Part shown: piece after piece, positions 56,775 to 64,000 of the stretch
How the letters are laid out: the number at the start of each line of letters is the position of its first letter
Position numbering within the stretch: the stretch's first letter is position 1
DNA from: the human T2T-CHM13v2.0 reference genome, Homo sapiens
NCBI RefSeq assembly: GCF_009914755.1
Contig: NC_060941.1
DNA: 64,000 nucleotides
Direction: 5' to 3' (one strand)
The notes under the pieces: model-generated
What the model was told of the DNA's origin: nothing
What the model saw: only the letters and a program-made list of their open reading frames with translations
Database searches by the model: none
Position numbers and translations under genes: made by a program

Positions 56775-57991
56775 TTATATCCTTGAATAGGCACGCAAAG
56801 AATGAACAGGATAAATAAAAGAATCATGGCAATCTTGTCGGGGATATTCAGAAACAGAAAATAACACCTGCTTTCTCATTTCCAGAGCTATCAGCTTCCC
56901 AGTTTGCACACTTCATCAAGAAATAATGCGGGGCCACTGGCACAAATGATGAGGCATCTCCCGGAAGCTTAACTTCCTATCCATCCCATCTCTTGGACAG
57001 ACGATGCCAGTTAATTACTTTGAATGTAAGTATTTTATCCAAAAGCACTTATGTGTCTAAACAAACTCCTACAAATCAACACAAAAATGGTAAATAATTC
57101 AACAGAAAAATGGGCATAAGCTTATCTTTATCGATAAATAAGTAGAAAGAAACCCTATGCCAGGTAACACCAAAGCTTTGCCCTCTGTTGAAACATCCTA
57201 GGCTTTTTCTTTCCACTCTTATTACAACTGATCTGATTTAGCCCCTTCACACTTTACTCCTACATTTTGCTAGACCTTTCTATTTTGTCTCCCTGAAATA
57301 AGCTTTTCCTTTTGGGCACTCTACGTATGGATTCTAAAATAATCCTTTGCATGTCTATACTTGAACATAAAGCAAAAAAAAACAAAATAAAATAAAATAA
57401 TCTTCCTGTTTTAATCATTTAATCTCTCTTGCTTGGAAACTTTCAATGGCTTTCCATACCTCATTGTGTACTCTTTAAGACCCAAGTAAACTTTTAGCTT
57501 ATCCATGTAGCTTTCCCTGATCTCCACACCTCAAGGACCACAGATTCTGGTAAATTCTAGCACCGATGGTATGCATTATCTTTCAGGAATTAATTATATA
57601 CACCGCCCTTTTTATGCCTATTCTCTTTCTTCCCTCCTATCATCTTCATGTTCTGCGGACAATAGCATACTTGGTCCTGGGTTTGTCACAAAATGAGTGC
57701 TACATATAAAAAGCCAGGGACAAAGAGGAGTTCTGGACATAACTAAAGGACAGAGTAATCATGTTAACAGCCAACACTCCTACATATGCTAGGCACTGAT
57801 GAAGTGTTCCATATATTCACTCACCTAAATTTCACAACAATCCTATGAAATGGTAACTAGCATAATCCCCAGTTTAAAAGGAGGAAATTGAGTCACAGAG
57901 CAGAATAACTTGCTCTGGATCACCAAGCTAATAAACAGACCTGGGTTCAAACCCAGGCAGCCTGGCTCCAGAATCAATTCTTAACCACTTA

Positions 57992-58350
<359 letters not shown>

Positions 58351-58973
58351 TAATTCTAAATACATTCGGCTCATCATATTGTTACATTGATGATCTTAAA
58401 GTTGATTGAGATGTAGCTGAAACTGGCTTCCACAAAGTACTCTCATGTGGCTCTGAATTTTGAGGTCATCTTTCTCTGTATCAAGTTTTTTAGATGTCCT
58501 TTCTCAGAGTAAATCAAGTTTGAGTAAGACCTGCAGGGATCTCTTGTGAGCACATATATTGAGTTTTAGTGCATAAGCTTTGTTTTAACTTTTCACTGGG
58601 TAGATGCAGCTGTCAGATAAGTGGCATTATGTCTAACATATAATGTATTTCCCCCCATTTTTAAAGAGAAGAAGATACAGAAAATGAAAATGAAAATAAA
58701 ATTTGGTACTACAGTGCAAAGGTTCAGCTTGCAGAATTAATTGACTGTCTAGACAAAGATTATTGGGAAGCAGAACTCTGCAAAATTCTGGAAGAAATGC
58801 ATGAAGAAATCCACCGACACATGGACATAACTGAAGACCTGACCGATAAGGCTCGGGGCAGTATCAAATCCTTTCTGGCAACAGCTAATGGCAAGAGGGG
58901 CATTTTCTCATTTTATTTTTGTTAAGTCTGAGCTAAACTGTTGGTATGAAATCACTGCAAAATTTAAAAATAG

Positions 58974-59292
<319 letters not shown>

Positions 59293-59317
59293 AAAAATAG
59301 ATTAAAATTTTCAAGTA

Positions 59318-59651
59318 CAGTCATGCATTGTTTAATGATGGGGATACATTCTGAAAAATGTGTCATTTGGCGATGTCCCAATTGTGTGAACATCATAGAG
59401 TACACTTATACAAACCTAGATGGTATGGTTTCCTATACACCTAGGTTATATGGCATAGCCTATTGCTGCTAGGCTGCAAACCTGTATGTCCTGTGACTGT
59501 ACTGAATCCCGTGATCAGCTGTAGCACAACGGTAGGTATTTGTGTATCTAACCATATCTAAACATTTAAAAAGGTACTACATAAAATCTTATGGGATCAC
59601 CGTCATGTATGTGGTTCCTCGTGGACTGAAACATTGTGCAGTGTATGGCTG
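59318..59651 (+). mobile_element. Tigger3a/MER7-type DNA transposon
   Basis: TA|CAGTCATGCATTGTTTAATGATGGGGATACATTCTG start and ...ATGGCTG end, about 335 bp. Confidence 0.75.
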
Positions 59652-59884
59652 TGTGTATATTTTACTTTAGTTCTCCATATTTCATTTTCCGAAGAGAACC
59701 TTGTTCATTCCCACATAAATTAGGGATGCTATACATTTTAGTGTTTTATTTCTGCCTTGGGTCATTACTAATATTCCCCAAAATGTTAGTTTTTTTCTTT
59801 AATTCAAGTATCTTTTTAAACTTTTTTGGCATTCCAGCTTTTAAGAAATAATATTTTTTGAACTTTTTGCCTTTTTAAAAAAAT

Positions 59885-60690
59885 AAAACTTTAAATTTTA
59901 GAATAATTTTAGATTTGTACAAAAGTTGCAAAGATAGTAGAGGGTTTCCGTATATCCTGTACTTGGTTGCCCCAGTTATTAACATCTTAGATTAGTGTGG
60001 GATATTTGTTACAACTAATGGGCCAGTGTTGACACACTGTTATTAACTCAAGTCCATACTTTACTCAGATTTCCTTAGTTTTTACCTGATGTCTTTTTTC
60101 TGCCTCATGATCCTATACCACATGATATTTAGTCATCATGTTTTCCTCTAGACTGTCGGTTTCTCAGACTTTCCTTGTTTTTGATGGCCTTGACAGTTTG
60201 GAGGAGTACTGGTTAGGTATGTTGTAGAAAGCCCTCCTTATGGGTTTTTCTCATGGTTAGCCTAGGTTTTTGCATTTTGGGGAGGAAGACCACAGAGGTG
60301 ATGTGCAGTTCTCGTCTTATCAAGAGTGCATGCTGTCGTCGTGACTTATCACTGATGATGTTAACCTTGGTCCTCTGGGTGAGGCAGTGTTTGTCAGGTT
60401 TCCCTACATCCTCCCCCATCTCCTCAAACCCCCAATACTGTAAGTCACTGTAAACAGCCACACTTAGTGGGTGGGGAGTTATGTTCTACCTTCCTGAAGG
60501 GGCAATATCTACATAAATTATTTGGATTTTTTCTGCACAGGAGATTTGTTTATTCGTTTATTTTTTCAGACATTTATTTCTATGAGTATATATTCATGGA
60601 TATTTATTTTATATTCATTGGGTTATAACTGGTTATTTATTAGGTTATAATTCAATGTCACCTTATTTATTTTGTTACTCAACTCTGCTT
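59885..60690 (-). mobile_element. L1MC-like 3' fragment
   Basis: AAAAGTTGCAAAGATAGTA...CAGTTTGGAGGAGTACTGG motifs. Confidence 0.65.
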
Positions 60691-60889
60691 TTCTTTTTAT
60701 TTAAGTTTTAAAAACATACATACCTTAAAAGTTTAAATAGTATAAAAAGGTATGCTGTGAAAAATGAATCTCTCTCCTTCATAATCTCCAATCTGACCTC
60801 CTTTCTCCAGAGGCAATCATTATTGCTATTTTTTCATCCTGCTAGATGTATTCTGTGCATGTTTAATAAATACCACCTGTGTTTTCTAA

Positions 60890-61110
60890 TATAGCCATCC
60901 CTCAGTATTCTCAGGGATTGCTTCCTGAGCCCTCTGCAGATAGCAAAATCTGTGGATGCCCAAATCCTGCAGTCAGCCCTATGGAACCTGCTGATATGAA
61001 AAGTTGGCATTCCACATCCAAGAGTTCTGCATCTTGAGAATACTGTATTTTCAATCTGAGGTTGATTGAATCCAAGGATGCGGAACCTTTGGCCACAGAG
61101 GGCCAACTGC
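60890..61110 (+). mobile_element. MER2/MER8-type Tigger-derived element
   Basis: CCCTCAGTATTCTCAGGGATTG...GAGGGCCAACTG. Confidence 0.65.
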
Positions 61111-62359
61111 AGTGCCTTTTAAGTTTTAACTTAGATAAAATTGTTAGGTAAGATTCTGCAAGTACACTTTTAAGTGCCTGGTTCTGAGTTCTGCTCTTCT
61201 GCATACATTATCTGCCATACATATAATCCTATTAATTTTCCCCATTCTCCATTTGCTTAAAAATAGAATGTTTATATTTAATTAAGACACCCAGATAGCT
61301 GCATCCAAGCTTGTTCTCACATATTCTGCATCAATATTCCTGTGAATTCGTGCATATTTTTGGAGAATGATAGGCTCTCACATATAAATAGTGTTGGGCA
61401 CAAATATACTTCATCTGCAGAAAAAAGCATTCTTAGTTACTGTGAATTATATTTATTCATATCTGGTAGTTGGAAGTATTTCTCTATTAGATCTGTTTAG
61501 AAAAATGTGTAATTTTTTTATTAGAAAGGTTTTAGTGTTCAGGAGTTAGGATCAGTAATTGCAATAACACAATCACGGTCTTACTCTTTCCTCCATATAT
61601 ATCAAATCATAGGAAATTTTATTAATTTCAGCCAGCTTACTCCCCCCCTTCATTTCCTTTTATGAATCATGGCATTAAAATAGACAAATCCCTTTTTGCT
61701 CTCTCGTGTTTTGGTACAATAACAGATAACAATCTTTAGTCCCCTAAAAGGCAATGTGAGATATGATTTTATAAAGTATGTTGAATTAGAAATGTTTCCC
61801 AGAGTAAAAAATAAAAATAGAAAAAAAAAAACAAAAAACAATCAGAAGAATAAATATTTTCAAGGGCAAGCTTGTCTGTGTATAAAATTATATATACAGT
61901 ATAATCATAATTAAAGAACAAAATCAAAACAGGAATGGATAATCAAAAGTGTTAAGTGGTCTGATTTGGGGCAATGTAAAAAACTAAAAATGTTAATATA
62001 GGGCAATTGGAAAATTTCATTATGAATTTTCATGTGATAGAACACTACGTATTGGAGAATTAAGTAAAGTACCATGCAAAAACTGTGCCTGGGTCATTGA
62101 GCTACTTAAATTCTCTTCCTCTAAATAACCAACTGGATCAGCTTTTATCGTTGAAAAATAACCAATTAGCATAGTAGAATTGTAGTTGATTTCCATTTCA
62201 TATTTTTGGCATTTCCTACAATGAGCATGTTCTATTTAAGTATAATTCAGCATGTAATGTATGTTTAAAAATTAGTTAAACCTTTTGTAGTAATGGAGAA
62301 CAACAAAGAGAGCATTGAGCTTTAGGCCACAATGTGTTCTTAGAAAGTTAGATGACTAC

Positions 62360-62734
<375 letters not shown>

Positions 62735-63866
62735 CTACTGCTTTTCTGAAGAAACTTGAGAGGTAAAGCAACTTGTCCCTTGCCAGTGAATGAATGATGC
62801 AATGGGGAATTGAACCCAGATCTGCAAACCCAGCAGTCCTTGCTGCTTCCCTTATACTGAGTGCTGCTGGCCTCAAAGTGTTTCTTGTTCTGTGTTTCTA
62901 CGTCCACGCTTACAGGGAAGCATGGGTGCAGAAATCACCAGGCCAGTCAGGGAGGCTGGGACGGGTGCTGACCCTAGCCCTGGAGCACTCTCCCTGGCTG
63001 CTCCCTGTAGTCTTGCTTCCTCTTGTGAAGTCTATGTGCCAGCCAAGACCCAGCCTGTGAGGCCTGACCTGATCTCTGCCCCCTGTCTGTTCCCCCAGCA
63101 AGACTCCCTGAGGAAAAGAATAGGGGATCACGTCTTAGCCATCAGAGCATCGAAGTGCCCAGGCCAAGGTTGGCCACATAGAGGGAGGGCAGGTGGCAAA
63201 TGTTTGCAGGATGAGTGAATAAAAGGAAAACTGATAGCAAAGAATGGAACTACCAGGCACGATTCCAGGGCTGGGACTAAATATTTACCTTGCCTACTGG
63301 GCAAAGATAAGCCTGGTTTTCCAGGCTCTATTTATGCCAGCTTTCCTTCAGGGGCTGACACAGTCAACCTGGTATCGTTAGTTTGAACAGCGGTTTCCAC
63401 ATGTGGAGTCTGGGTGTATGAGGTGCTTGATCCTCAGCTTCTGCCATTCCCTAGCTCCATGTGTCTTCCCCAGGGAATCCGCTTTCCAGTCCTCGAGCCC
63501 TAGGAGGCTTTGCACCTCCATTCTGCTGCCTGGTCTGTCCCCGGTCTCCATGAGGCTATTGAATTGGGGTTCATTCTACTCTAGATGAAGCTGTGTATCC
63601 TTGTTTAGCCCCTGGGGTCAAGCCACATCAGGAGCTGCTTGCAACATGACAGGACAGACTTGCCTGGGTCTACTGCCTCAGTGGCCTCCTGGGAGACACC
63701 TCTCTTAATGGAATAGGGTTGGGTATGACAAGCTGGGTCCAAGTGAAGCTTCAGAGATGTAGAGATGTAGGGGAGGAGGGACTCTTGAGTTCAGTGTGGC
63801 AGCCATCACTCAGCCTCTGGGACTCACACCAGGGGCATAAGGAGAATGGAAGCCACACGTGAAAAA

Positions 63867-64000
63867 GGGAAGGGTGATTTCTTTCTTTCTTTCTTTTTGG
63901 GGAGCGTGATTTCTTTTTTTTTTTTTTTTTGGTTGGGGGGAGGTGGGAAGGGTGATTTTTTTTTTGGTGGGGGAGGTGGGGAAGGGTGATTTCTTTTTTT
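63867..64000. repeat. Degenerate tandem repeat, unit approximately GGGGGAGGTGGGAAGGGTGATTT(T/C)n, running off the window end
   Basis: GGGAAGGGTGATTT or GTGATTT recurs four times, separated by T tracts. Confidence 0.7.

Overview
Human (primate) genomic DNA, very Alu-rich, with no prokaryotic features. It is best explained as the 17q11.2 NF1-REP low-copy repeat holding the 3' half of LRRC37B. The near-identical paralog LRRC37BP1/SH3GL1P2 cannot be fully excluded without an alignment. The window is a mosaic of four blocks. (1) About 1-17.7 kb: the last five coding exons of LRRC37B on the + strand, with an intronic processed SH3GL1 (endophilin A2) pseudogene that keeps its poly(A) tail and target-site duplication. 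One LRRC37B intron (9784-10983, exactly 1200 bp) is a decayed piece of the large LRRC37A-type coding exon, i.e. an intronised exon. (2) About 18-49 kb: a GC-rich, Alu-saturated block with no credible CDS but several regulatory-looking islands: a TAAT-rich element, RFX X-boxes, a CTCF-like site, and an orphan CpG island with a YY1 motif and G4 tracts. (3) About 49.5-58 kb: an inverted, truncated LRRC37 copy with three 72-nt LRR exons on the - strand, one with a dead splice donor; the ORF track does not show them in frame. (4) About 58.4-64 kb: repeat-rich flank. I found no convincing wholly new biological system. The best leads are the exitron-like intron, the inverted LRR fragment, the 305-codon SH3-containing retrocopy ORF and the orphan regulatory islands. 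Comparisons with reference proteins and hotspot positions are from memory and need confirming.
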